A program made the translations under genes and the position numbers. The notes under the pieces were generated by a model, which worked only from the letters and a program-made list of their open reading frames with translations, had not been told where the DNA came from and made no database searches. Positions 1 to 12,790 of a DNA stretch of 64,000 bases are shown piece by piece. The stretch covers positions 169,322,001-169,386,000 of the forward strand of contig OZ038378.1 in assembly GCA_964036045.1 (NCBI GenBank), written 5' to 3'. This DNA is from Eutreptiella sp. 'Long Island Sound 2002'. Taxonomy: Eukaryota > Protista > Euglenida. Position 1 is the first letter of the stretch; each line of letters begins with the position of its first letter.

Positions 1-1111
1 ATTTAAGTCCTTTTTGCTATCTTTGCGAACAACAAGATGGCGAATGGAAAATCTTATCGGTACCATCCTTGATGTCATGTACCCACCCATATTGTGCGGA
101 TTTGAGTCATTTCTTGAGGCCAACCTCCTCTTTCGCCTCCTGTTTTGCCTGCTGTCCAATAGCAGGCAGAACAGGAGGCTCCATTTGGTGGGCAATAGGT
201 TTGGCATATTTGCAATCACGCTGCAAGCAACAAAGCAATGGATCTTCCGTTGATACAACGGCGGGGCCCTACTCGTGGGATGCCAACAAAAACCGTAGTA
301 TGAAATGCAGTACATGGGCCGCAATCATGGGGCCTGGGATATTTTTGAGACAAGCAAACTGTAGTTACATATGTGACGCTTCATGATCCGAGCGTTACAC
401 TTATGCATCCAAATTGCCCTTGCTTCCCCCATGCACGACTAGAAGGCATTCGATGGTCTTACAGAGGTTTACGAGGTTATGCGAAGCACACATGCTATAC
501 CAGAGTGTCAGCAGTAACAACCCCTCCTCCTGCCCCTTCTTGCTCCCTCTCACCTTCCCTTCCTCTCTCGTTGCCTCCCCCACGTTCCCAGACATGACGT
601 CTCCCCCTCCTGCGTTCGTCCATAGTTAGTTGCCCGAGGTAGCCAGGCATGTTGGCCCCGAAGATCAATGTTGGCCGACCCCCCTTCCCGCCCCAAGCAA
701 CGATTTTTTTTAACTCCCAATGGGGGTCAGGTCACGGTACGCCACATAACGCGACGGTGCTGAATAACAGTTGCTCCGAGACTAATTTCTTGGAAAAGAG
801 GTTGTGCACTACAGGTGAAAGGAACCTCTTGTGAGGAGTTTGAAAACCCAACATGGAAACATGAATATACCATTGCACAAGCATGCAAGACGCCAAGCAG
901 TTGCTCACATGGCTTGAACATGCCTTAAAGCCAAACAGACTCTTGCGGAATTCAGAATTGCATATGCCTCTTTCTTTGGGATGGTTTGGTAGGGACGCCT
1001 GCACCACTTGGCGGGAGGCTTTTTGCATGGTTGGCATCAAGTCCGTCCAGCCAATCAATTTTCCAACTTTGATGCCACAATACGCCACGGTACGTCACGG
1101 GTATGAACCAC

Positions 1112-1166
1112 CCCCAACACAATTGTCTTGAAATGATCCCCCAACACAATTGTCTTGAAATGATCC
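1112..1166. repeat. 27-bp tandem duplication (CCCCAACACAATTGTCTTGAAATGATC x2)
   Basis: Two adjacent identical copies, mirrored by the 9-aa repeat ISRQLCWGI in ORF 952..1383(-). Confidence 0.9.
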
Positions 1167-1336
1167 GCAAAATGTGGCATCTATTTTGAGGTATGATATG
1201 TTGTGGACCCCCCCCCCCTGCCCTCTGAGGGGTTGCTCGCCCCCCGCAGTTGCTGGTTTTTTGGTCAGCGTGGTCTGGCCAGAGGCCCCATGCCCCCCTG
1301 CCCCTGCCCACAGTTGAAAGTCTGTGAGCCCCTGCA

Positions 1337-1543
1337 CAGGGATGCATTGGAAAGGGGGGAGGTAATCCCCCCACCCCCTCCAAGGCGCCCAGCCAACGCT
1401 GTCCCCCGGATGCCCAGTGCCGGCTTCAATGGCATTTGTAACCGACAGCAACCGCCCCAACCGCTTTGACAACCTTCTCCAACTGCCTGTCTAACCGCTT
1501 CTGGGGCCGCCTCTGAGGTCCCTTCCCTTCTAAAGCATCCCTG
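1337..1543. mobile_element. hAT-type MITE, about 207 bp
   Basis: Terminal inverted repeats CAGGGATGCATTGGAAAGGG / CCTTCCCTTCTAAAGCATCCCTG; flanks CCCCTGCA / CCTTGCAG resemble a decayed TSD. Confidence 0.7.
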
Positions 1544-3285
1544 CCTTGCAGTCCCCAGCTGGAACTGGTGCCCCCCTCAGGACCCCCCTCAAAAGAAATG
1601 CATAACAACGGCTGACAACCGTGGGAGGGGGGACCCACCCCTCCCCCTGGACCCCTCACCCCTCACACACCCCCTCCTCCTCTTTTAATGCATGATCCAG
1701 GTCAGAAATGATGAAATGTTGCGGACACTGAATTTTCTCCGCGCAGCCACAGGCTGCGGGAAACATGTGTGATGGTGTTCCCTTAATGCTGCAGGCCACA
1801 CATCATGGATCATGGATTGGTTGGTTCAAAATAGTCACTGCTTGCTGTCGCCACCGAGGATCTCATCAAAAGTGTGATGTATTTTCGGTGCACAGATTTT
1901 GCGAAGAGAAGAGATGAATCCACGGCTTTCAACAAGACACAGAACGCTGTACCTTCCCTGCAAAAAATTGCACCCGTGTCACAGCAGAGGGCCCTCATTG
2001 TTGCTGTAGATTGTGGAAAGGCGGATTGGTGTCGCATTTTGCCACACAGTTTGCAGCTTTCGCAAGGGGGCAGTGTGTGCCAAATATTTTGCTGTGCGTC
2101 CCCACAACACCAATTTGCTGCAGCAGGCCTACTTGAAGGCTTTTTGCCAAAGGTGGTTTCCTGAGCAACCACACACATTGCAAAAACCTGCTTCAAGCAG
2201 CACCAAAGTTACGAACTTTGCCACCCTTGCGACCACTACCACTAGTGCCAACAGCATCACATGAACGACGATCTTCCAGCCTGGCACAATGACAATCATA
2301 GGAGGAGAGGGGGTCAGGCCAAACCCCCCCCCCCCTCTCTTCTACTGCATGGCTGCCCCTCACCTCTCCCTCCCCACCAAAGTTTTCAGGCGGCGAAAAA
2401 TTAAGTTCACTCAGCGACAGATTTCTTCAGGCCATTTTTGGAACACAATTTTTTAGGTCCCAGAACCCCGCTTCCCGACCTACAACACCCTCTTCAAGCA
2501 CAGGCTTAGCTTGTCTATGCCAATTTTTATCGCACCACATGCAGAACAGCCCCAGGCTTGCAAGCTTAAGAGCTTGCCTGATTGTGTCACAGTTTTCTTA
2601 GAGACACACCCCTTGCAGCCCGCATCCAAGGCCACCACATGTCCCAGCAATACCCTGCGGTGCCATCTAATTGACGGTTCCAAAGCCAGCGTCCCAACCT
2701 TCACCGAACAATAGATTTGGGCACCGCTCATGGGCCGGGGCAGCGACATTGGAAGAGGCCTCCACCGCAGTACCAGTCATTTTTGGCGTCAGTTGCATGT
2801 TTTGCGGCAGCCATTTTGATTTTGGAACCCTGAAAAACTATTAGTCTCCCCTGGATCCCTCGAATATGGCCCATCACTGCCCACTACCCAGTCATGTACC
2901 TTGCCCTTAACCAATAAGTGCTGCAGTCTATCAACCGTGTATCAACCATTCAGTGTTCGTGGCGACGACATGAATTGTGCACGCCTTTTTCTCAATTCCA
3001 GAACTGGTACGTGGGCATGATCAGGGCATGTGCATGAGTTTGGGCAGGGCACATGTGCACAGGCAGGTGTATGGCACGGATAGTGGCAGGGGCACGGGCA
3101 GAGTAGGAGCAGGAGCGTTGCAGGATCAACATCGGTTGTGAACGCTCATCATCTGTGACGAGGGTGCTGCTTGAACAGCAGGATGGTGGCAGCCTGTCTT
3201 CCTGTTTGTGGACGTGTGGGTTTGTGTTTCTGTGCTGTGCCAGATCTGTACTCACCCCACATGATGGCCTGCCTTGTTTCTACAG

Positions 3286-3551
3286 GCTCAACGTTCGCAG
3301 CCGAGCACACAAGGCCCGCAGGAGATAGGCCTATGGGAATACAACGCATGCATATGCCCCAAAATAGCCCGGGAGTCTTGCAGGTGTCCCCCAGGCCCGT
3401 CGTTTGGGAAAACGATAGGGAAGACTTGGAGAGAGGCACATATGGAGCCAGGCAGCAGCTCTCTAGCCAGCCAGCTAGGCAGGTGGAGAGGCGGGAGGGT
3501 CATGTACCACATGTCCAGCGTGTAAACAGCGAAGGGCCCACACAACAGCAT
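3286..3551 (+). CDS. Gene 1 internal exon (STFAAEHTRP...GPTQQH), unknown protein
   Basis: Pyrimidine-rich acceptor CTTGTTTCTACAG|; donor CAT|GTGTGC in phase 0, matching the next exon; open frame of ORF 3171. Confidence 0.5.
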
Positions 3552-4018
3552 GTGTGCGTGCACGATTGCATGTGTGTGTGTGTGTGTGTGTGTGTGTCGG
3601 TGATGACGTGTTGCAGTAGTCCTGGTCATGACGCGTTGCATGCACAGACAGAAATGGTGTGGAGAGTCCCAAGGGTGGGCTTGACGATGTTTGCTCAGTG
3701 CTTTTGCTTTTGACGTGGGCCCCGGCCGGTCAATGTGTGGTGCGCCGACCATCGTCGCACTGGACTGCATCCCACTGCCTGATTCGCCTCAGGGTCAGAA
3801 TGCACACTGGCTGTCCGGAGGATAAGGGACCTTTGTTCTCTATGGATACACGGGCATGACCCTATCAGGATGCTCTTTCGTCCCTCATCATTGCTCTTAA
3901 TGGCCTGGTGGTGTGAGTGGCCAGTAGGTTATTGTCTACACCACAATCTGCTTCTAAATGTTGCAGGGAATGGCTGGCACACCGGCCCGCACCAGCCCCG
4001 AACACGACTGATGCACAG

Positions 4019-4490
4019 TGCGATGGCACTGCTCTGCGACGGGGGTACACAGAAGCAGAGCGGCCCCCAAGATGTCGACCAGATCAGAAGAATGGTCCTC
4101 CGTTGCAACCCCCAGACGTACAGCTGCAAACGCTGCAGCGGCAGTCACAATCTGATTCGCAGTCTCGGTCTCAGCCCCGTTCTCGTCGGAGGTCCGATTC
4201 GCCGTCGCAGCACGGCCGCGCCCCGTTGATGACGACATCGCCATTACGAGACTGCGAATTTGAGTCCGCTGTATTGAGCCCACGGCAACACACAACACCC
4301 CTTTCGAAGCCCCTCTCGCAAGAGCTCTCGCAATCGCTTCATCACAAGCTCGAATCTAGTTCGGGCCTGTCGCCAATGTTTTCGCGGTCCCTCTCGCAGT
4401 CGCTCATGGAGATGGAGTCGCTCATGGAGATGGGGCTGCAGAGGCCCGACAAAAAGCGCTGCTGCTCTGGCCATACAGGGTGCCACACAG
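4019..4490 (+). CDS. Gene 1 exon, Ser/Gln/Arg-rich low-complexity segment
   Basis: Acceptor ACTGATGCACAG| in phase 0; donor CAG|GTACGG in phase 1; frame of ORF 3917. Confidence 0.6.
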
Positions 4491-4588
4491 GTACGGACTG
4501 CCACTGAGAAGTAGAACCCCGCCCCAGCCCCCACCTCCAGATGTTCTCATGCAATGCGCAGTATGCATATGATGTCCGTCGTGCGCAG

Positions 4589-4702
4589 GTGTGGAGAGAG
4601 CCCTGCCGTTCTTGCAGTCGGAGCCGATTGTCAGCACCACGCGACTCCCGCACAGGGAACTGCAGCACAATCCTAACGGCATTACCGCCATCACCAACAG
4701 AG
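4589..4702 (+). CDS. Gene 1 exon (VERALPFLQSEP...ITNR)
   Basis: 98-nt GT-AG intron 4491-4588; phase 1 in and phase 1 out (AGAG|GTATGT), compatible with both neighbours. Confidence 0.6.
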
Positions 4703-5197
4703 GTATGTGTGTCTGCTACCCCTTTCCTAAAGGAACGTCGAGTCGTTGGTGTGAAATGTTGATGAAGGCCACCGCCTCTGGAGAGCTAACCTACGCCAAT
4801 TCGGAATTGTGAAGGCTGAGCATTGGAGGAAGCATTTTTCAGGTCCCAACAAACACGAGAACAGGTCATCGAACCAGTGGGGGCGGCGGTGGGGCTGCGC
4901 TTACCGCGAACCCAGCACAGCAAACCATTCATCCCAAGGCAACTGCTTGCAGGTGATCGGGTGTTTGAATTTCGATTGTATTCATAGCACATCAGACTTT
5001 TACAAAACAGCAATGCCTGCATTAGCAAACAAGACAATGTGTCATGCGCACCATCATTTCTCAAATCAAGCATGTAATGGGGTGGGTGCCTGTGCGCAAA
5101 TGTGCCAGGGAGTGTAATGCTTCTGCAGTAGAGAAAATGTCAAGAATCACGATTTAAGTCCATCACATTCCCATGTACCATCCCCTCTGCAACCCTG

Positions 5198-5525
5198 CAG
5201 GGTTTACCATCCATTCGTACACGGATATTTACGAATATTTACGAATCAGAGGAGAACCAGAAATTCCGAATATTTTTGAATATTTACGAATATGAGAATA
5301 CGGGAATGAGGGATTTGGGAATTTTGCCGATTCTTTCTGCCGATTCGTTAGGTTTCTGCGGTTTTCCCGTTTTGTTCTGGCAGCTTGTTGGTGTTTCTGT
5401 TTTTGTGCATGTGTATCAGATTGTGCAAATTCTTTGGCTGAAAGGGTGTTTGCTCCCCGCAATACTCGTGACATGGATGCTCCATGGTTATCAGTTTCAG
5501 ATTTGCTTGGAATGGAACCCAGCCC

Positions 5526-5567
<42 letters not shown>

Positions 5568-6066
5568 CTCGAGAAGAGAAGGTCAATGCATTGTTGGCCT
5601 TGGATTGGCAGAGGTATAAATGGTTAGAGAGACACCCAGTTGATAATCATCACACTATTGATGCATTTTTGCAAACACGCGGATCATCGATATGTGATGC
5701 AGTTGCACCATACATATGGTTTTCAACGGCTGCAGCACTTGTGGAGCGTTCCTTCAGCTTGGCAGGGCTGATTAATGCCAAAAATAGGCAAGAGATGAAC
5801 CCTGCTTTCAGGGCTACTGCTGTGGCAATGTTTTCCAACGGTGACGTGGAGGAAAGGTTTGCCAAGGAATAGACACGATCATTTTCACTTATGAATTACC
5901 GATCCTGTGCCAGACTGTGCCCATGTGCCATAGGGTGTTGTATTTGGGCGCCAATGAACAATTTTGGGTTTTCTTGCATGACAAATATTTGTGGATATTA
6001 GTGAATATTTACGAATATTTATGAATAAAATTCTTTTTCGCAAGTACAAATCAGTGGGAAACCCTG
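5198..6066 (+). mobile_element. Non-autonomous hAT deletion derivative retaining the transposase C-terminal dimerisation domain
   Basis: TIRs CAGGGTTTACCA / TGGGAAACCCTG (11/12 match); GAATATTTAC subterminal repeats at both ends; flanks AACCCTG / AACCCTC; ORF to 5872 has STAAALVERSFSLAGLINAKNRQEM, the hATC motif type S..VERxFS. Confidence 0.8.
5527..5565. repeat. (GAT)13 microsatellite
   Basis: Seen directly; explains the poly-Met and poly-Asp ORFs. Confidence 0.95.
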
Positions 6067-6664
6067 AACCCTCCCTTCTTTTTGGTTTTCGCAGACACCC
6101 TCTTAAGCGGTTTACAACAAATAGCAATGGTACAGTCTCCCTCTGTGCTATGGGAGGCTTGAACCGTGTCGGGGATCAACCTCACCCACACCACAGCACA
6201 ACCCCACGGGCAGGGGCAGATGCTGTGCGAATTTCACTTTGACAGAAAGAATATGGGTAGGGGGGAAGGGGTCGTGAACATACGCTGATACAATACCCTG
6301 CAACCCTAACTTCGACCCCGTCAATCAGTCGTCACGGTACATGGATGCTGTTTTCTCTCCCAGTCGTGTCTTGCAGCTGCATTCCCCTCTTCTGTGAGCC
6401 CCCTTCCCTTACATTATATCCCAGCTTCCCACACCCAGAGAGGGATCCCTTTGCGCCAGCTCATGTGGTCTTGACGACCGTGACATTCCGTCATGGGCAG
6501 GGGCCGTGCGCGTCCGCCCTTCGTAGTGCCTGCCCTTGGAGGACCTGCAGCTCTGGGTCGGCCTTGTGGAGGAGAGAGTTGCTGTAGGGTGGCCGGCCGA
6601 GGCCTTGGCATTCGCAAGCCCTCAGGATAATTGTGTCCGCGGCCAACTGCCCTCGTCTTTGCAG

Positions 6665-6831
6665 GTGCAGAGGATATTGCATCTCAAAGCGCCTGCCCGC
6701 CGCCGCCGCTGCCCCCGCGGCCACCATCACCGTGTAATCACGCTGCAAAAAGGCGACGAATATCTGCATCATCCTCCTCCTCGTCTATGTCAGCCGGTAG
6801 TACTGTGCAGCAGCAGCATGACCTCGCAAGG
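6665..6831 (+). CDS. Gene 1 exon (AEDIASQSACPPPPLPPRPPSP...HDLAR); may extend to an alternative donor at 6986
   Basis: Acceptor CTCGTCTTTGCAG| in phase 1; donors AGG|GTACGA (6831) or AAAAG|GTGAGC (6986); frame of ORF 6631. Confidence 0.55.
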
Positions 6832-7201
6832 GTACGAGTCACTGGAGGCCAAATCCCAGGTACTGGCATTGGATGCATACGATCCGGAGGGACACAGACT
6901 GGGGCTCCGCACAGCATGTTATTGCTGAGGGAAGGATTACCTGCAGCTCATACCCATGTCTTAGGGGTGGGGCACGCCAACAAAAGGTGAGCAGAACCTC
7001 CGGCGTAGACCCTGGCCCAAAAAGAAAGAAGGAGTGCCAGATGTCTATTATTGCACGCGAATGTTTGTCACTGTACATGCCCCTCTAACAAGACAATTAC
7101 GAACGGCGGCCTCTGTAAAAACCTCAAAACCATTCGGACGAAAGCAGTCAACCAGGAACCGGTAGGACCATGTCGGTCTGTTGGTCTTGCAAAGATTGCA
7201 G

Positions 7202-7354
7202 AGATCCGCAGTGGTGCCAATTGAGGCATGTGCCAAAATGGGAGGAGCGAATGAAAAGAGCAAAAACCATAAGTATGAGTGGAGGCTCCGTGTAGCACAC
7301 CCCTCCATACATCAGGAGCTGCTGAAGTGCAGTGCACGCTTGAGAGAATATCAG
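7202..7354 (+). CDS. Gene 1 exon (RSAVVPIEACAKMGG...SARLREYQ)
   Basis: Acceptor TTGCAG| in phase 0 (or AAG| at 7194 in phase 2); donor CAG|GTACAT; non-repetitive, protein-like translation. Confidence 0.55.
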
Positions 7355-7439
7355 GTACATGTCCCCGAGATATCGAGGTAGATATCCGCGAGGTAAAAAC
7401 CCCCGAGTAAAATGGGTTGGGGAAAATAGGTTGGGTCGT

Positions 7440-9160
7440 TGGCAAAACACCATGCAAAGGAGCTATGCCCGGAGATCCCACAGGGGAATTGGCTGTCATC
7501 CATGGAATCGCCAAAGTAGTAGGCCCAAGGGGAACCTGCTGTGATGATGATACACTGCCGTCCATATCCATGGAGTTGTTGCCAAGAGAGGTGTGCTCTT
7601 TATCTTGCTGCCTTGATGTTTATCCATGGAATGGCCAAAGCGGCATATCTCCTCTTGAAGGGAAGTTTGTTGCATTCGTGGCACACTACCATGTACCAGG
7701 CATGGAACAGTAAAATACGTAGTCCTCAAGGTGCCAAGGGGATCTTGGTATGCTGTTCGGATGCTCCATCCATGGAACAGCAACAAGGGGTATACTCCCT
7801 ATCTCAAAGGAATCTTGCTTGCTATTCCATCGATGGCAGTGTGCCACCTGCACAATAAGTTCCGACTGGGATCCAAAGTCACAACTCTCTTGCTATTCCC
7901 TGCATAGCAAATTTCCCTTGAGAATTCAAGACGTACCTTTTGGGCTATCACATGGATGGCAGTGTGCCAAAAGCACAGCAACTCCCCCACTTGGACCACC
8001 AGGCATATTTCTTTGAGTTGCTGACGGCACGGTGCCATCAGCAACTCATTTGCTTATCCATGGATAGTAACATCCCAACGGGGCATGGAACAGTAAAATA
8101 CGTAGTCCTCAAGGTGCCAAGGGGATCTTGGTATGCTGTTCGGATGCTCCATCCATGGAACAGCAACAAGGGGTATACTCCCTATCTCAAAGGAATCTTG
8201 CTTGCTATTCCATCGATGGCAGTGTGCCACCTGCACAATAAGTTCCGACTGGGATCCAAAGTCACAACTCTCTTGCTATTCCCTGCATAGCAAATTTCCC
8301 TTGAGAATTCAAGACGTACCTTTTGGGCTATCACATGGATGGCAGTGTGCCAAAAGCACAGCAACTCCCCCACTTGGACCACCAGGCATATTTCTTTGAG
8401 TTGCTGACGGCACGGTGCCATCAGCAACTCATTTGCTTATCCATGGATAGTAACATCCCAACGGCACAGCAGCTTGCCCTTGGGATGTGGAGGCACAAGT
8501 GAGTTGTTATTTCATGGATGGCAGTGCTCCATCAGCACACAACAATCACCTAGTGAACTGGCACACCTTGTTTGTAAATCTATGGATAGTAGTATGCCAG
8601 GAGCATAGGACAGCAAGTCTCTTTGAGTTCTTCCAAATCCCAAGGGGCATTTGCTTTGCTGAGCAAGTTCCCCTGAGCAATTTCCACTTAAAATCTGAAG
8701 GCACACCTATGCTATTCCACAGATGGTAGTGTGTACCAGGAATACACTATTACTTTTGCCACCCCATAGACAGCGGCAGCACGGCAAGTTCTGCTTGGGC
8801 TCTGGAAGAACACCTCTTTTGCTGTTGCATGGTTGGCAATAGCAGAAGAGGTATTCCTAGTTACCAAGGGCAAGTTGCTCTGCCAATAGCACACTGCAAT
8901 CCATGCAATAATAATGAGGTGTGTCTAGAGGTTCCAAGGGGGATTTATTGTCCCGATGGCACGCAGCCATCCATGGAATAGCAACAGAAATATGCTGGCA
9001 CAGTGCCATGCATGGAATCACATAGGAGGTATGCCTCCAGTTATGAAGGAAAATTTGCTCTCCATATGGTACACTGCCATCCGAAGAATAGCAAGAAGGG
9101 TATGCCTTAAGATCCCAAGGTAAATTTGCTCTTCAATTGCACAATACCATCCATGTGTTG
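7440..9160. repeat. Degenerate satellite rich in CCATGGA/CCATCGATGG, containing an exact 383-bp tandem duplication (7699-8081, 8082-8464)
   Basis: Identical ORF pairs offset by 383 (7750/8133 and 7799/8182); recurring ATCCATGGA and GATGGCAGTGTGCC motifs throughout. Confidence 0.85.
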
Positions 9161-9569
9161 GATGTGTGACTCCATTTCCCCAACCAACAATGTAAGTCTC
9201 CTTGGGCTCCCAGGCTCCGCCTTGTTTTGGCAGTTGCTGTGCTGTAGTGTGGAAAAGTTTCGCCCCCTTTGAGCGGCAGTGCGTGCCCATTAGTTACTCT
9301 GGGACACTCATGTCAACAGACGTTTGTCTTTGGTACAAACCCTGAACGTCCTTCTATTGGTCTGGTCTGTGTTCCCCCCCACAAGTGTACAATTGAGGGA
9401 CCATGGGAAAAACAGAACAAGGGAAGACAAGATTCTGAGAACAAAGCAGAGAACAAAACAGGCAGCGATCTGGAGACCTGCAATTTTCAGACCAGATAAA
9501 ATGTCGTCCAGTGCCCTGAACTATACAACAGGCATGGGAGGGGGCGTCAGGCCCGGGCCCGGGACGCTG

Positions 9570-9990
9570 ACCCCCCCCCCCCCTCCCAAAGTAGCACAGA
9601 AGAGCTGGCTGTCGGCACCGAAGGCACAGGAAAGTTATTTTTTTGCTATGGGAGGGGTTAAAAACGCTTTTTCACCCCATGTGTCTGTACTCAAAATACT
9701 CGGAATTTTATGGAGAATTCAATCATGCGTGAAAATCGTAAAAAAAGTTTGGACCTCCCCCTTCCCAACCTCCAGGCCCAGCCTGCCGACTGGGACGCCC
9801 ATGTTTGGGGTGAACAAAATCTTTTTTGAAAAAGTTTTTTACCCCACCATACATACCTCAAAATGATCAGCGCGACGAGGCGGTCATTTTGAGCCATATA
9901 TGTTGGTGTCTAGGAGCGCCGCCTTCCGGCCGGCCCCCAGACCCCCAGCCCCCCCAACCCAGCCCCTCCCTCCCTCCCTCCCTGAAAGTG
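9570..9990. mobile_element. Dispersed repeat family copy (related copy at about 34600-34960)
   Basis: Both copies share, in the same order and orientation, ATGTGTCT.TACTCAAAATACTC.GA.TTT..TGGAGAATTCAA and ..AAA.TGATCAGCGCG. Confidence 0.7.
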
Positions 9991-12436
9991 GCAAGAAAGT
10001 GGGAGGGAGTCGGCGTATGGCCTGTTATCCCCCCCCCCCCCCCGCGCCACCACAGTCAGCCGTGCTGACTTGGAATTGCCATGAGCGGTGGCATTCTTTC
10101 CGTTAGCCTGTTTCTTGAATGTCAGTTGGACACTACCATGCCACAACAACATGGTGCAGTAGGTCATCAAGTGCATGTTCGCGAGTTGGGAATGTTTCAC
10201 ACAGGCAAGTACAATCATGTGGTTACAACCGTGCGGGAAAATGAGGTGCAAGTGTGCGTAACCGTGTGGGACGTTGAACTGCAAGCGTGCACAATTGTGC
10301 GCCAACATCAGGAATGGATGTAATTTTGGCGCCACTTGGAGTGTCCGGGTCTGGGGGGGTGTCATTTTTTGTGACTGGTCACAAAAAAACAAAAAGGGCC
10401 ATCGTGGAAAATTGCAAACCCCAACAATATTGTGACCAAATAAGGCGTCTCCAGTAGAATGTCTCCTGCGCCCGCTTGTACTGCAAATTTACTGCAAATT
10501 TATGTGAGTGTGCCTACTTGCACTGCAAATTTATTGTGACTGTTGGTATTTGTGCATTTTGTGTGTATTCCGTGTGTGTATTGTCCTATTGCAGGCACTT
10601 TTTTTCCTTTTTGCCACAATGGGCCGGAAGAAATTTCCTTACACATGTGATCCAACGTGCAAGACTGATGCTACATGAGGGCAGAAGCATACCAAGACAA
10701 AGCACAAGCAAGAGGCATTGGCGACGCAAGCTTTTGCGGTGGCCGTGACTGCTTGTCCTCCTTTGCATCTATTAGTACAACTTCATCTGGTGGTCGTGGT
10801 AGCGATAGTGACATATCAAGTGGTGGTAGCTGTAGTGAGCAAGACAATATGTCACCATGAGTGATGACAGTGAATGATATTCAATGACGTTGAATGACAT
10901 TGGCAGTGTTGCATCCATAGGGCTGTGTGCCTATCATGTGTGTTGTTGCATCACCTCACCCCCCTCCCATGTACATGTATGGGCTGAGGGCTGCCCAAAA
11001 CGGCCGGTTTTAGGTCATTTTTTTTGTGACCACAGATCATGACCTTTTTGTGACCAAGGGGGTGGGGGGGTTGGGTTGGGTTGCGCTGGCGGCCTCATGC
11101 AGGAGAAGGCCCTCGGGTGTGGGCTTCCTTCCCTGCCCCACCACGAGGCTGAACTACCTTACTGTCCGGTTCCAAGGCCGAGCGGACTATCGACAGCCAC
11201 CAGACCCCACCGAAGCGCAGGTGGGCGGAAGATACCGTCGTCCTGTGTGTAGGCGCGCGCGCGGGCGGGGGTGTGGGCGGGGGCAGGGCCTTGCGTGTGG
11301 GGGGCAAGTGTGGCCTGGTGCTCCAGGCCCGGTGGGGCAGGCCATGGGAGCCTGACGCTGAGCCCACCGGGGAGTAGTGGGCCAGGGCATCGCATCCTCC
11401 TAGTCACAGAGACACGCTGCCCGCCCGTCCCACGACTGCGTACGCACGGGGACGGGTGTGCGCCGGGCACGACTGGGGGGGGCCCGCGCTCCTTGACTGC
11501 CTGTAGGCACAGGTTGTGCCGCTGTACTAGCTGGGTCCCACACCCCCACGGCCCGGGGCGCTGGTGGCAGGTGGAGGGGTCCCTGGGCGCGCTGAGCGCT
11601 TCCCTGCCTTGGGACCTGCCCGGGAAGGTTCCCGGGTGCGGCGCTGCTGCCCCGTTAGTCGTGGAGGCCCGTAGGGCACACCACCGGACTGGCCCCTCCA
11701 AGGGAAGGGGGGGGGGGGCAGGGGTCGGCAGGTGGCTGTCTGGCCTCCAGGGGTTGCCCACAACTGCACTGCAGTGCACGGGGCTGTGCTGGCCTAGGCG
11801 TCTGTGATGAGGTTGGAGGGGCGCATGCACACCTGGAGGTTCCCTGGGCAGGCCGCTCTAGGGATGCCCACAGCGGTCAAGCTGTGAGCCCTTCACAGCC
11901 TCCACTTTTCAGGCCCTGAGGGCGCCGACTCCGTGCACCCCTCCCGGCGGGGGTGCAGGCTGGGGGGGGGGGGTTGAGTGGTGGAAGGGTCTACCTGTCC
12001 GTTCATTGGCCCATGGTGCTGACTTGTTTGGGAGAGGAGGACCACCTGCTGGGTTACCATGCGGGTCCCAGATCCCAACATACTCGTCTTTCAGCGTCCG
12101 CCCCCTTTCCGGAGGGACCTCGTTCACCATGTGCCGGCCTGCAGTGAGGGTGCGAGGGCATGTGGGGGGGGGGGTCTGCTTTTGGTCCCGCCCCCATTTC
12201 TGTTGGGGGGGGATAGGGGCAGCAAAAGGTCTGCTCCCCAGTTTCCTGGTCCCCAAGGGGAACCAGCCCACGGCCTGCACCCTCGCTTTGTGGTGCCTGA
12301 AATTTGGGCCGACAGAGAGGGGGTGGGGGGAGTTGGGAGGGTTTGGGCCGGACTCAAGCCCCCCCCCCCCCCCGCGTTATATCAATCCCTGGCCCCCACG
12401 TTGTGCGTGACCGTGCACAACTGTGCGTGAAATTTT

Positions 12437-12790
12437 TTGACTAGAAAATGTGCTTCAGATTCGACCGTGTCAAGCTCTAGTTCCACTAAGGGCTCTTGTG
12501 ATTCGGCATGTTCAAGTTCTAATGAGGAAGACAAAATACCACAGCCAAAGTGCAATGTACAAGATGTACCCGAATCATGTGTTGAGGAATGTACTGGGGC
12601 CCGAAAGGAGGATTTGTTGTTCTGGTTGGCTAAGTATAAGCCACAATTGGCAGTTTATGAACCCCGACTGCGGCGCGATGGCTGGGACACATTTCAGTAA
12701 TTGTGAATTATGACTGCAAACGATATGGCTCATTAGAACATCCTTGTGTGACATCCTCGTTTGCTGGTGGATAATTTGAAGGATTTGTTG
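12437..12790 (+). pseudogene. Decayed SAM (sterile alpha motif) domain coding fragment
   Basis: In-frame DLLFWLAKYKPQLAVYEPRLRRDGWDTFQ*L*IMTANDMAH*NILV*HPRLLVDNLK follows the SAM pattern (WL..L..Y...F...D...L..LT..DL..I...H); four stops. Confidence 0.65.
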
